30,878 nucleotides of DNA from Octopus sinensis (GCF_006345805.1 NW_021832477.1:1-30878); one strand, 5' to 3'; positions 1 to 10,836 are shown, counted from the stretch's first letter. Made by a program: numbers and translations. Notes: generated by a model not told the origin, from the sequence alone.

Positions 1-189
1 ATTGCAAGACATATGAATTGTAGAAGAATGAGGGTAAATAAAGAAGATAAGAGAGACATTTAGTTTGTGGAAATGACATTGAATGACATATCGTGATCTT
101 ATTATGAAGAAGATGACTAACATAAGAGAAAGTCTCCCGTCCCTAAGCCCTAGACCATCACCTAATCACCCTTATCCGTCTTGTTGCTT

Positions 190-217
190 AACAACAACAA
201 CAACAGCAGCCGCAGTT

Positions 218-260
<43 letters not shown>

Positions 261-302
261 AAGAAGAAGAAGAAGAAGAAGAAGAAGAAGAAGAATATGA
301 TA

Positions 303-344
<42 letters not shown>

Positions 345-383
345 ATGATGATGATGATGATGAGCAACAACAACAGCAACAAC
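190..383. repeat. Compound trinucleotide microsatellite (ACA/GCA)-(GTA)n-(GAA)n-(GAT)n-(CAA)
   Basis: Seen directly. It explains the homopolymeric ORFs at 83-527. Confidence 0.97.
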
Positions 384-566
384 ATTAAAACAATAGTAAG
401 AGAAGTGGCAGAAAATGTAGGAGCTGAAGAAAAGAATGATGTAAAAAATAAGGAGGAAACGAAGGAGTCTGTCATGAAGAAAACTTAAATATAATATTTC
501 TGATCTTATAATAATTCTGCTTGTCATTATGTTAATTAGTCCGTCGGTAACGCTTTCTCGTGATTA

Positions 567-990
567 GAGAAAAAGAGGGAGAACGAAAAAGAACGAAAGA
601 GAAATATCCAAGACCTGAGGTAGAAGGAACGTGACTGTAATGCTTCACGTGATTAGTTGAATGGAATGAGAGACCAAGAGAAAGAAAAAGGAATGAGAAA
701 ACGAAAGTAAGTTGAAGAGTGGAGCAGAAAAAGAGGGAGAGGGAGAAAAGGGAGAGGTAAAAAACCGAGGGAGAAAAAGAGGGAGAACGAAAAAGAACGA
801 AAGAGAAATATCCAAGACCTGAGGTAGAAGGAACGTGACTGTAATGCTTCACGTGATTAGTTGAATGGAATGAGAGACCAAGAGAAAGAAAAAGGAATGA
901 GAAAACGAAAGTAAGTTGAAGAGTGGAGCAGAAAAAGAGGGAGAGGGAGAAAAGGGAGAGGTAAAAAACCGAGGGAGAAAAAGAGGGAGA
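567..990. repeat. Purine-rich 204-bp tandem duplication (2 copies plus 16 bp)
   Basis: GAGAAAAAGAGGGAGA starts at 567, 771 and 975. ORF 532..996 repeats a 68-aa block exactly. Confidence 0.95.
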
Positions 991-1338
991 GGACATTGTG
1001 GTAGGGGGAACGTAATATTTATTACGTGATGAAAAAGTTAGTTCAAGGTCATGATATTGAGGAGGGTTACGAATATAATTTTAGCAGAACGGTGATGTTC
1101 TGATGGTGAGATTAAAGGAAGCCAGATAGGTAGATAAATAGATAGATAGATAAACTGAGAAAATGAGAGAAAGGGGGAGTGAGAGACGGTGGTAGTTGTG
1201 GTAGTGTTTGTGGTGGAAGTGGTGATGATGAGTGCATAATGCAAAGTAACTTTTTAATTGAACTAAGTATTTTATATCCCCTATCACTTAACACATGCTC
1301 ATAAATATTCACACTTATTTACAGTGTCATATGTACCC

Positions 1339-1353
1339 ACACACACACATATA

Positions 1354-1406
<53 letters not shown>
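1339..1406. repeat. (CA)n/(TA)n microsatellite
   Basis: Seen directly. Confidence 0.95.
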
Positions 1407-1411
<5 letters not shown>

Positions 1412-1651
1412 TACAATTAAGAAAAATACACGTTATAATTAAAATATATATATTTCAATTAAAATAAAGTTGGACACACAGTAAATTCCATCTCAACAAG
1501 ATCCCGGTTTATGTTGTTACTACTTCTCATACATTCTGCCGTTGGTTGTGCTTCTGCTACGGCGAGATAGAAATTCGCATTTTACGGCTATTTGGTCCTC
1601 GTTCCAATGCTGTGCTTATGAAATAAGCAAATTACAAAACTTGACTGAACA

Positions 1652-2397
1652 ATGGATAGATAAAGAAGATTAGAAGCTACTCGCGAGAGGGTTAGGCACT
1701 ACAGGCAGCGGATAAGAGAAGAACAGCGGTAAGAAATCAGAGAAAGGGACAAATGGTACCAACAGATTTGACAATCTGCAATAAATGAAGAGGAACGCAA
1801 GGCACAATTGTAGTGAGAGAGAATGGAAGACAAAGGTAGAAGACAGGATGAGGAAGAACAAACACAGTACAAGGAACAACAAAGATTGATATTTCTGCGG
1901 AGAATGGAAAACATGAAAGATATGCAGCGTGCGCAGTATCAGGACCAGCAAAAAAGCGTAATGTAACAGAGAAGGGAGAATATGGATGATTTGGAAAGGG
2001 CTGCTTGTCTCCAAGGTCAAACAGAGAGAGACATCAAGATGGAGTTGCAAGTATGAATGCTGAACAGGCGTTACGTTTGCGAGATGAACAGGTGCAACGA
2101 AAGCGTGAAGGAAGACATGGACTACCACTGAACAGACACAATAATCCTAAACGAACCTATCGTATTGGTGATATGTACTTATATTGCGAGTATTGTGGAG
2201 CACTTAACTTTAAATATGAAAACTTCATGTTCTGTCACAATAATAAAGTGAATTTTCCTCCACTGCAACAAACCCTCAGACATTGAAGCGTTTGTCTGAG
2301 AAAATTACATCAGCAATTACAACTGCATACCTTCCTTTACGTCATTTGGTGTGAAACTCTGTGTGCCACAGGGAAGAGGTCTACATTGTTTCTGTAT
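1652..2397 (+). pseudogene. Helitron RepHel N-terminal fragment (decayed)
   Basis: R/E/Q-rich repeat region from the ATG at 1652 with stops. It is followed by IGDMYLYCEYCGALNFKYENFMFCHNNKVNFPPL (Helitron-type Zn-finger-like motif), then ENYISNYNCIPSFTSFGVKLCVPQGRGLHCFCI at 2300-2398, matching the Helitron YN..FTS.G....G.GPY.FRI block. Confidence 0.8.
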
Positions 2398-2599
2398 TGT
2401 TGTGGAAGGATTCCGACCACCTTCCAATTGACTAAAAGGGAACTGACATATTCCTATTAAATAGACAACTGTCGAGTCTTCAGCAATTAATTGGTAAATA
2501 GTTCACTGTGAGCCATTGACAGAGAGCGTTGGGTAATCGATTCGCGTCGTGTAAACACTTTCTTTCCCCCTGATTCCTTAAATCATACGTTCCAAACCA
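2398..2599 (+). repeat. 5' LTR of the Gypsy element
   Basis: Starts TGTTGTGGAAG and aligns with 6467 onward (14 mismatches in the first 81 nt by manual count, then indels). A degenerate PBS-like TTGCG follows. The 3' edge is approximate. Confidence 0.75.
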
Positions 2600-5500
2600 A
2601 GTTTGCGTTGGATGTTTAAATTTGTTTGGGATGGGTATGAAACCAAAGAAAAATCGTTTAAGATAGAAGGCTTATTGGCGTCTGTGGTGCAGTTGCAACA
2701 GCAACAATAGTAATACCAACAAGAGCAACTATAACAGCAACAACAACAAAACCAATAGTTGCTGGAATTAATGTTAAAGAAGTCTAAAAATACTTCAGGC
2801 GTGAACTTGCCAGACAGCGTAGCAAACTCTAATGAAGTATTCAGTTATAATCCAGAGGAAGGGATTACCTTCTCTGCATATTTTCGAAGATACGAAGAAA
2901 TTCTCAAAGAAGAATTTAAAAATTGATCTGAGGGAAAAATAGTACGACTAATTGTAAGACAGGTATCCCTTGGCAAATACAAAAAAATATAGTAATTATA
3001 TTCTGCCGAAGAAGTCAGGTGAGATTTGTTTTAATAAAAACTATTAACCTATTATCAAATGATTTAGAACTGGACGAAAATTAACTCTACAGACAGAAGC
3101 AGAAGAATGCTAGGAAATACGACGCAGAAAAAAAAGAAGAAAAAGATTGATCGCATATTCCAGTGTCTCCACCGTAACGGACAAGAAATAAGACAAAAAA
3201 TGTCAAGAAGGAGTCCATGTTGTGGTCTACATTTTAAAAGTAATTGCCCTTTAAAATCCAAAAACGAAATTTTATCAAAACGTTACAGTGAAAGAAGTTA
3301 TCTGCTAAATACTTGAGGACAGTTTTTACATTTTGTCCAATAACATGAAGATTTCGTCACCTGTGCAGAGGATGTTAACGGAAAGTGTAAAAAATTCAAA
3401 TCATATGAATGAAGATGATGTTCAAATGCATATTTCTTGTTTAAGGCCTAACTGCAAGCAAAGATGGAGATATATGTTCACGGATGTCAACAAAATTAGA
3501 ACTGGACAAAAAGTAACTCTACAGGCAGAAGCAGAAGAATGTCAGGAAAGACGACGCAGAAAAAAATGAAGAAAACGACGCACAAAAAGAAATTGAACAA
3601 AAAGATTGCTCTCATATTCCAGTGTCTCCACCGTAACAGATAAGAAATAAGAGAAACAAATGTGAAGATCGAATCCATGTTGTGGGTGCGGTGGTCAACA
3701 TTTTAAAAGTAATTGCCCGTTTAAAAATATAAAAGGCGTCAAATGTGGCAAGAGAGAGATCATAAAAAAATCTCACTGTAGAACAAACCTGGAAAACAGT
3801 TCAACAGAAAGAAAACACGAAAACAGGTTATCGGTGACCAAAAAACGAACAGCCTCAAAGGAAATTTGTGGACGTAAAGTTGCAACTAGATAAGGGCAGT
3901 GATAATTAACACAGATACATAGAAAAAAAAAACAGAAGACCTAGATTAAAAGACATTTCGAAAATTGCAGGTGGTATTTCAGGAAAATAATTACATTTTA
4001 ATGGCGTAATGATAAATCACGTTCCATTTCGTGGGAAAACCTTAAAAACCAAAGATTTTGTGTTGAATAATATCCCAAATTTATTCGGAACACTGAATAG
4101 AATTGTTTAACTTATGGGAACTCCCCATAAATCTTTTCAGTAAAAATGTGAATGGTTTTCTTGCCAATACAAATGAATCGTCGGACGATTTGTAAAAATA
4201 ATTTTAAAAGATTTTTCCTGAAGTTCTCTCTGATAAATTAGATCTCAGCATCACAACGAAAACGAAGTTCCAAGTAAAAGTAAATGCCAAACCGGTATTT
4301 AAATATAAACGAACTGTAACTTTTGCATCGTTGGAACAGATAAACTTTTGCAGCGTTAGAAACAAATAAACAAAATCAGAGTGTATGCTGATTTTTTCCA
4401 CTCGTTTAAATGAGTGTCTTAAAACGTTCCACTATCCGCTACCTACCCTGGGGGATATATTTGCAAAATTAGACGGTGGCAAGGTATTTTCTTAATTGGA
4501 TCTCTCTGACGCGTACCTACATATTAGCGTAGACGATGAATGCTATAAATACCTAAAAAATTAACGCACATATATATATACAACAGGTTACTGTATGCCT
4601 TTATGTCACACCGGCGATTTTTCAAAATATTATGGATGCAGTGTTAGCGGATAGTGAATATGCATTTCCATATCTGGATGATATACTCATTGAAAGCGAA
4701 TCACGGGATCAACATGTAGATCACATAATATATATGTTCGAAAAAATTAGGGATTACAGTGAAAAAGAAAGCGTGAATCTTCTTCTTAACGAAAATAAAA
4801 TTGGACAAACAATTGAAAGAAATGGACGAGGACCAGATCCGTTGAGGGCAGACGCAATTAAATACATGCCCCCCTCCGACAAATATAAGGACCTTACATG
4901 ATTGCTTTGGAGACAAGCAAATTATTACCAAAATTATATTCTAAATATTCAGAGGGTAAGTGTTACAGTAGATTATGTATTTAAAAAATGTCAATTGAAA
5001 TTGCTCTGAAAATTTTCAAAGGGAATTCGACGAAATTTTAAAATATTAACATCTGATTTGTTGTTAGCACGCTTCGATTCTGTAGCGGAGAATGTTGTAA
5101 CTTCAGATGCCTCTGAATACTGAATCGGTGCAGTAATGCTACATAAATAAAAAGATGGTAACATGAAGGCGGTGGTTCTTGATATCAGCAGAAAATATTA
5201 CAGCCAAATCAAAAAAGAAGCTCATGTAATTATTTATGCCGTAAAAAATTGCATAGATTTTTACACGGCAGAAGTTTTTGAATACAGACAGATCATCGTC
5301 CGTATTATCAGTATATGAGTAAAAGAAATAAATGTCTAGCCGTACTGCTAATAGGCTGCAGCGCTGGGGCACTGTATTATTAAACTATGAATTTAAGATA
5401 GAGTATATGCCATCTAAAAAATTAGGACACGCTAATTGTTTATCATGACCGATTTCAGAAAATACTGAACCATTTGAAGATACCGTGATTGCTACTTTGC

Positions 5501-6466
5501 GAGCGGAAAATGAAATTAAAAGCAAACTGTATAACTCAATGCGTGGACTGCTATTTACGTTACAGGACATAAAATTACAATTGGGAAACGATATATTCAT
5601 TAAAAAATGAAAGAAATGCAGAAGTGTTAAAGAGATAAAAGATATTCGAGCCTATCACGAGGTGTGACCATGTGCTGATGTATGCACAAAGAGTCGTAGT
5701 GCCAGCCACACTACAAAAGCAATTACTAAAGGAATTTCATATTGCGTCAAAGGGATTTCGATAATGAAATCGTTAATGAGAAGTTAGGTATACTGGCCAA
5801 CAACGGACTGTAACATTGAAGATATAGTGATAGTATGCAATACGCTGTTCTCTAGCTCCAAATACACCCGTCACAAAATGGCACCCGTGGCCAAAATCAC
5901 TTAAGGTTTCATATCACTTCGTTGTGGGGGACTGTTTTTCAACGTGGTCTGAAGTGCATAAATGTAGAAAGCAGACATCTCTGGTTACAGAGATATTTGA
6001 TGTTTGTTAGAATAATCAGATCCATCTTTGATCAGCCGATACCGAGTGAAAATATTAAAAAAGGAACAATATTTCAAAATTCTTCAAGTTAGGTGACAAA
6101 GTTTTTTAGAAAACCTATACATAGAGTAAAGAAGGCTGGGAGGATGGTACAATTATTAAATAAATTGCAAGAATGATATTCCTGGTAAAAGGTGAAATAA
6201 ATTTCGAACATAAAAGACTTATTAACCAACTTAAAACCTGATTCAAGGAAAAATCAGTCAAAAGAAGTGAATTTCTCATGAAAGTATTGCACGACACGTT
6301 TGAGGTACCAACACAGAAACAATTTGTAATTACACGTTCTAGCACCAGAAAACGAAACGAATGGAAACACAAGAATTGAGCCCTAAGCATAAGAGATATT
6401 AAAACTCAGAGCGATTTTTATTCTCAAGTGGAGAATTTAGGGGAGACTAATTCTATAAAGGGGAGA

Positions 6467-6685
6467 TGCTGTGGAAAGATTCTGACAACCTTCCAAGTGA
6501 CTAAAAGTGATCTGACACATTTCCATTACATGGAGAACTGTCTAGTCGTAAGGAATTGATTGTGAACAATTGATTGGTAAGCATTTCCCTATGATCCGTT
6601 GGCAGAGAGCGTCGAGTCTCATGTAATAGTGATCGTATTGCGTCGTGTAAATAGCTTCGTTAAATTATATATTCAGACTTCCACA
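6467..6685 (+). repeat. 3' LTR of the Gypsy element with upstream polypurine tract
   Basis: PPT AAAGGGGAGA (6457-6466) lies immediately before TGCTGTGGAAAG. The LTR ends CTTCCACA, the inverse of the start motif. Confidence 0.8.
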
Positions 6686-6782
6686 CTGCCATATGCTCGT
6701 AAACAAAGTGAAGATCAGAGATGATATAGACAGAATGGTAACAGCAGAAATTTATGATTCAAATGATGGTCCCAAATGAAGC
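6678..6782 (+). pseudogene. Helitron Rep (HUH motif) fragment
   Basis: LPHCHMLVNKVKIRDDIDRMVTAEIYD resembles the Helitron GLPHxH...DIDxxVsAEIPD region. Confidence 0.65.
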
Positions 6783-6901
6783 CTTAGAGTTACTTGACAT
6801 AAACTTAATTTTATTGGAATTGACTTCAGATACAATAACCTTGTTATTGATATTTCTAGAGGGTTGGATGTTATTAGCTAAATTAATGTTAGTATTAGTA
6901 A

Positions 6902-7708
6902 GTGTATACAAAGCGAATGAAGGCGGATAACCCTTATTTAATCCCCTATTATCGATCTAAAAGTAAATATAACACCTTCAAACGTAATTACACTATGAAT
7001 ACAAGTAAATATATTTGGTTAATAATTCCTTACGGGAGACAAATTAAATCTAATCTCCCACTGCTGTTTCGTCAAGCTATTGCTAGGAATTTTCCAAACA
7101 ATTCTAGATATTACTCTATAATCAATTCACATAAGGTTAGGATAGGTTTTTCAAACACAAATAATCACTTGCAAATTATATCTTCTCATAATAACAAACT
7201 GTTAAATATTAATACACTTACTAATACTAACATTAATTTAGCTAATAACATCCAACCCTCTAGAAATATCAATAACAAGGTTATTGTATCTAAAGTCAAT
7301 TCCAATAAAATTAAGTTTATGTCAAGTAACTCTAAGATTAAAAATTCTATATACCAGTGTATAATCAGTACTCGTAATAAAGTACGATTTTACATTGGAA
7401 GCACATCGTTAGAGTTATCTAAAAGAATTTCTATCCATTACTCAACGTTTAGGGATAGAAATAAACGGAATAGTACCGGTCTCAGCAAACTGATTTGGGA
7501 TTTAAAAGACCACAATGAACAATTTCATTTAGAATGATTGATCCTCTCAATTTCGATACCATATAACAAAGGCAAGAAATTCTGTCTTCTCTGCAATTCT
7601 GAGCTATTTTTCATTATTTTTTCTAAAAATACTCTAGTAAACACGGTTATAGAACGAGCATGCAGATGTAAGCATTGGCAAAAACATACATTTAGTGCAT
7701 ATAAGTAG
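6902..7708 (+). pseudogene. PLE post-RT linker plus GIY-YIG endonuclease
   Basis: IWLIIPY..NLPLLFRQAIARNFP..INSHKVRIGFS..IISSHNNKLL, then SIYQC..FYIGST..KRISIHYSTF..STGLSKLIWDLK..CLLCNSEL..CRCKH. One internal TGA at 7535-7537, at the usual Trp position. Confidence 0.85.
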
Positions 7709-7910
7709 TCTCTATCATTATATATAATTTAAATTTTAATTTCCTTTATCTTTAACATTCGCTATTAATATCCCTACTCTTTCTGTTAGCTACTTATGAC
7801 GTTATATCATATAGCGTTTTTTTAAACAATGTTAATAGCGTTCTGTCTATCGCTATAACAAATCCATCATGTTTTGCTAAAATGTCTTATTGACGAGTTT
7901 CGTTTTTTTC

Positions 7911-7996
7911 ACTTTCCTGAGGAGAAGATTGCATTGTTTATACCATTTATTCTTTTGAATAGTATCAGTGGAATTTTCGAAACATGTGTCGAAAGT
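7911..7996 (+). ncRNA. Type I hammerhead ribozyme HHR1 (canonical core, long helix II)
   Basis: Helix I ACTTTC/GAAAGT. Core CTGAGGA at 7917-7923. Helix II GAAGATT/AATTTTC, extended. GAAA at 7979-7982. ACATGT palindrome in helix III. GTC triplet with the cut after 7990. Confidence 0.85.
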
Positions 7997-8186
7997 AAAA
8001 ATATTTGATTACACATGCGTTAACTCCATTTTTTATTCATATTATTCAAAATATTCAACGTAAACATGAAGTTTCTACCTTTATAAACAAGGAGTTACAA
8101 CACCTTTACTTGTGAGATTTTTGCTGCCCTGGTAACTATTTATTTATTTTCTCCGTGTTAATTGTTAACAAGGTAAAATTACACTC

Positions 8187-8191
<5 letters not shown>

Positions 8192-8242
<51 letters not shown>

Positions 8243-8262
8243 TATAATATATATATATATAC
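8192..8262. repeat. (TA)n microsatellite
   Basis: Seen directly. Similar tracts occur at about 8886-8977, 14810-15030, 15320-15420, 18274-18363, 19900-19920, 21140-21177 and 21540-21616. Confidence 0.95.
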
Positions 8263-8282
8263 ATATAACTAAGTTCAGCAAA

Positions 8283-8373
8283 AATTGGCTGATGAGTACT
8301 CTGCATCTTAAATCTGTTTTAATACTTACAACATTTAATAAAATGATGTAGTACGAAACGATCGTACCAAATT
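8283..8373 (+). ncRNA. Type I hammerhead ribozyme HHR2
   Basis: Helix I TTGG/CCAA (plus AA/TT). CTGATGA at 8289-8295. Helix II GTACT..GCATC / GATGT-AGTAC. GAAA at 8355-8358. Perfect palindrome ACGATCGT. GTA triplet with the cut after 8366. Confidence 0.85.
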
Positions 8374-8704
8374 ACCGGTGTCATACTTGGTGCTTATTTT
8401 GAGTATATATAATTATAATTAAATCCTTAAATCCTTAAAAATGTTTTTGCATGAGTAATCATTTTTCTCTCCTCCCTGTTTTCTTCTTTCTTTTCTCCTA
8501 CTTTCTTTTCCCTCTAAGCAGTTATGAAAGCGAAAGCTCATTAGGTCGCTTTCTCTAAAGAGGAACGCAAAATTTCCACGTTCATATTTGAATCTTTTTC
8601 ATGTCTGCAGTCTTATTTGTATTTTATTCGTTCCCCAACTAGATGGCAATATAACAACATGCCAGATGACACTCGAAATTTTTAGTCACACACAACTTTA
8701 TCGA

Positions 8705-8806
8705 TGTGCCTGATGGGATCCAGACTGATCGATGCAGCACAACACGTTGAACAGAGTCCCACACATAAAGGACAATAGCAAGACGGGTCGAAACGATCGT
8801 TGTACA
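8705..8806 (+). ncRNA. Type I hammerhead ribozyme HHR3 (A9G variant, probably impaired)
   Basis: Helix I TGTGC/GTACA. Core CTGATGG at 8710-8716. Helix II GATCC/GGGTC with a 63-nt loop. GAAA at 8790-8793. ACGATCGT palindrome. GTT triplet. Confidence 0.7.
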
Positions 8807-8886
8807 GAATAAAATTAATACCAGATCCATCACTTCGTTACTTAATATAATTATATATACACAAATACATACAAATAAACAAACAG

Positions 8887-8977
<91 letters not shown>

Positions 8978-9054
8978 CTCTTTTTGTTCCACGTCTTCAC
9001 GTTGTTGTTGTTTTTGTGCTTTCTTGTTTGGATTAACTATATATATATATATAT

Positions 9055-10800
9055 GTAGGTGGGCTGGCCTGTGAAACCCATCGACAAAGCAATTTTCTAG
9101 ACATCTTACTGAAACCCTTGCTGAAATACATCAAATTTTTCATTAGGGAAAAAACAATTAATGAAGAGGCAATATTGGTTTCCCTCGATGTTATCAATCT
9201 TTACACCAACATCTCCCATGACTTTGGAAAAAAGCAATTAAATTCTGGTTGGAAAAGTACTCCCGGAATGCATAAGCTAGATGTTTATAATGAAATCCTG
9301 AACATTTATACTTCAGAACAATTATTTCCTATTTGATGACACATACTATCATCAGAAATGCGGAAGTGCGATGGGGACGAAAGCAGCTCCGGTTCTTGCG
9401 AACCTAATAATGGGTTATTTTGAATTCACCTTATATGAAGAATCACTTCAGAAATATTGTTAACCATTTTACCTCTACATAAGAGAAAATTGGAAGAGAT
9501 ACCAAGATGACTGCTTTATCATCTGGAGGGAGAACATCGACAAACTCTTGGATTTCAAATCAACACTAAATGACATAAATAGTAACATTCAATTCACAAT
9601 GGAATATAACAAAGAATATCTCCCATTTTTAGACATCATGATAAAAAAGTTAACAATGAAATCATAACTGACATTTATTATAAACCAACTGATTCAAAAC
9701 AATATCTTCTGAATTAGACACGAAAACACTAAGAAAAAGAAAACATAACACCACAACTCAACTCAAAACATTACTATTTATATCAACACACAACCACAGA
9801 AACAGTGAGGCATTCAACACTATTGTGCAAACTCTTCCTTTGCTTAATAGAGATCCAAAAAGGAACGACATCCTGAAAACACAGAAACTCATCAAATGCA
9901 AACAGCAAGACAAATCGCTAAAGAGACTACTAACAAATGCAAAGCTTTACACAACAACCACGAAACCACCGGTTGAAAAATGTGGACGCCCAAACTGTGG
10001 AAACTGCCCCAACCTGCTTCAAGGCTCGGATTTCCTTTTCAAACAAGGAGAGAGGTTCAAAATTAAAACTAGTTTCACTTGTGCCTCTGAGAACCTAATT
10101 TATTTAATAACATGCTCGGTTTGCGGACACCACTATAGTGGACAAACGAGTATGACCTTGAGAAAGAGAACCACTCAACATAAAAATCAAATCCGTTTCC
10201 CCGAATACTGACAAATTCCTCTCAGTGAACATATAGAAAAATGTGCAGGTAACATTAAACCAAATTTCACAGTCTTACCTTGTAACCAGTGCAAAGACGC
10301 AATCTCTCAACTAGAGCGTTTAAATAACGAAACTTTTTTCATTGAAAAATACAAAACACATCTTAATATTCACGCATAACCCACTTTTTTTTTTTTACAT
10401 ATTTCAATTCACGATCACATTACAGTACATAAATCCCCTACTAAACAAGGTTTTTGAAACCTGTGTCTGTCTGTACACATATATAATCCCCACCCATTAC
10501 CTAAAGCTGAACAGTAATCTCCCTTACCTACAAAAATAACAATAATAACGGCAACCAATTACCGCCCTTTATTTACCTACTTGTGAAGTCATTCTCTCGT
10601 GAATTTCTTCACACACAATATGGACAAAATTTCTTCTTAAAAAAATATATATTCAAATAAGTAAAACATAATATCATGAATAGCGATATCGAAACCGGTC
10701 GATATATTAAAAATTATAATAAAACTTTGTAAGAGTTCGTATATTCCTTTTTTAATTTCTTATATACATTACAACTCACAACGTGGGGATAATCGAAATT
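9055..10800 (+). mobile_element. Penelope-like element 2 (Neptune-like), 5'-truncated, RT plus GIY-YIG, HHR tail
   Basis: LVSLDVINLYTNI; GSAMGTKAAPVLANLIMG; RYQDD (YQDD at 9500-9511); FLDI..YYKPTD; internal deletion near 9710; KCGRPNCGNC; NLIYLITCSVCGHHYSGQT..RKRTTQH. Stop at 10377-10379. Frameshifted. Confidence 0.9.
10671..10705 (+). ncRNA. Minimal type I hammerhead HHR4 with an A3-U8 core
   Basis: ATATC-[ATGAATA]-G CGATAT C-GAAA-CCG-GTC-GATAT. Helix I is 5 bp, helix II is 1 bp, and helix III is the palindrome ACCGGT. It lies in a PLE tail. Confidence 0.75.
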
Positions 10801-10836
10801 CCTCTTTGCTGTTACTACTACTATATAGATATTTCT

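Larger units (their letters stand above)
2398..6685 (+). mobile_element. Decayed Gypsy LTR retrotransposon, Mag-type (K02A2.6-like), gag-PR-RT-RH-IN
   Basis: gag FSYNPEEGITFSAYFRRYEE (~2840). Cys/His knuckle CGCGGQHFKSNCPFK (~3680). Protease LQLDKGSD at 3880-3903. RT motifs ADFSTRLN, YPLP, LDLSDAYL and YLDD (4671-4682). RNase H DASEY*IGAV (5106) and TDHRP. Integrase Zn-finger remnant with a largely deleted core. Many stops and frameshifts. Confidence 0.92.
6783..8190 (+). mobile_element. Penelope-like element 1, 5'-truncated, with an inverted 5' segment and an HHR-bearing tail
   Basis: GIY-YIG coding remnant. The 125-bp arm 6783-6907 is the reverse complement of 7212-7336 with 1 mismatch. 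HHR at 7911-7996. Ends in (TA)n. Confidence 0.85.

Noticed and set aside
83-527. ORFs with poly-T/V/E/D/Q or poly-H/L tracts
   Set aside because: Translations of the compound microsatellite; no complex sequence or splice support.
2398-6685. LTR divergence as proof of a chimeric element
   Set aside because: Internal domains are equally decayed, so age alone can explain it. Kept only as an alternative.
7535-7537. In-frame TGA in PLE1 (and at 10209-10211 in PLE2) as selenocysteine recoding
   Set aside because: They fall at expected Trp (TGG) and Arg (CGA) positions, so simple point mutation explains them. No SECIS was recognised.
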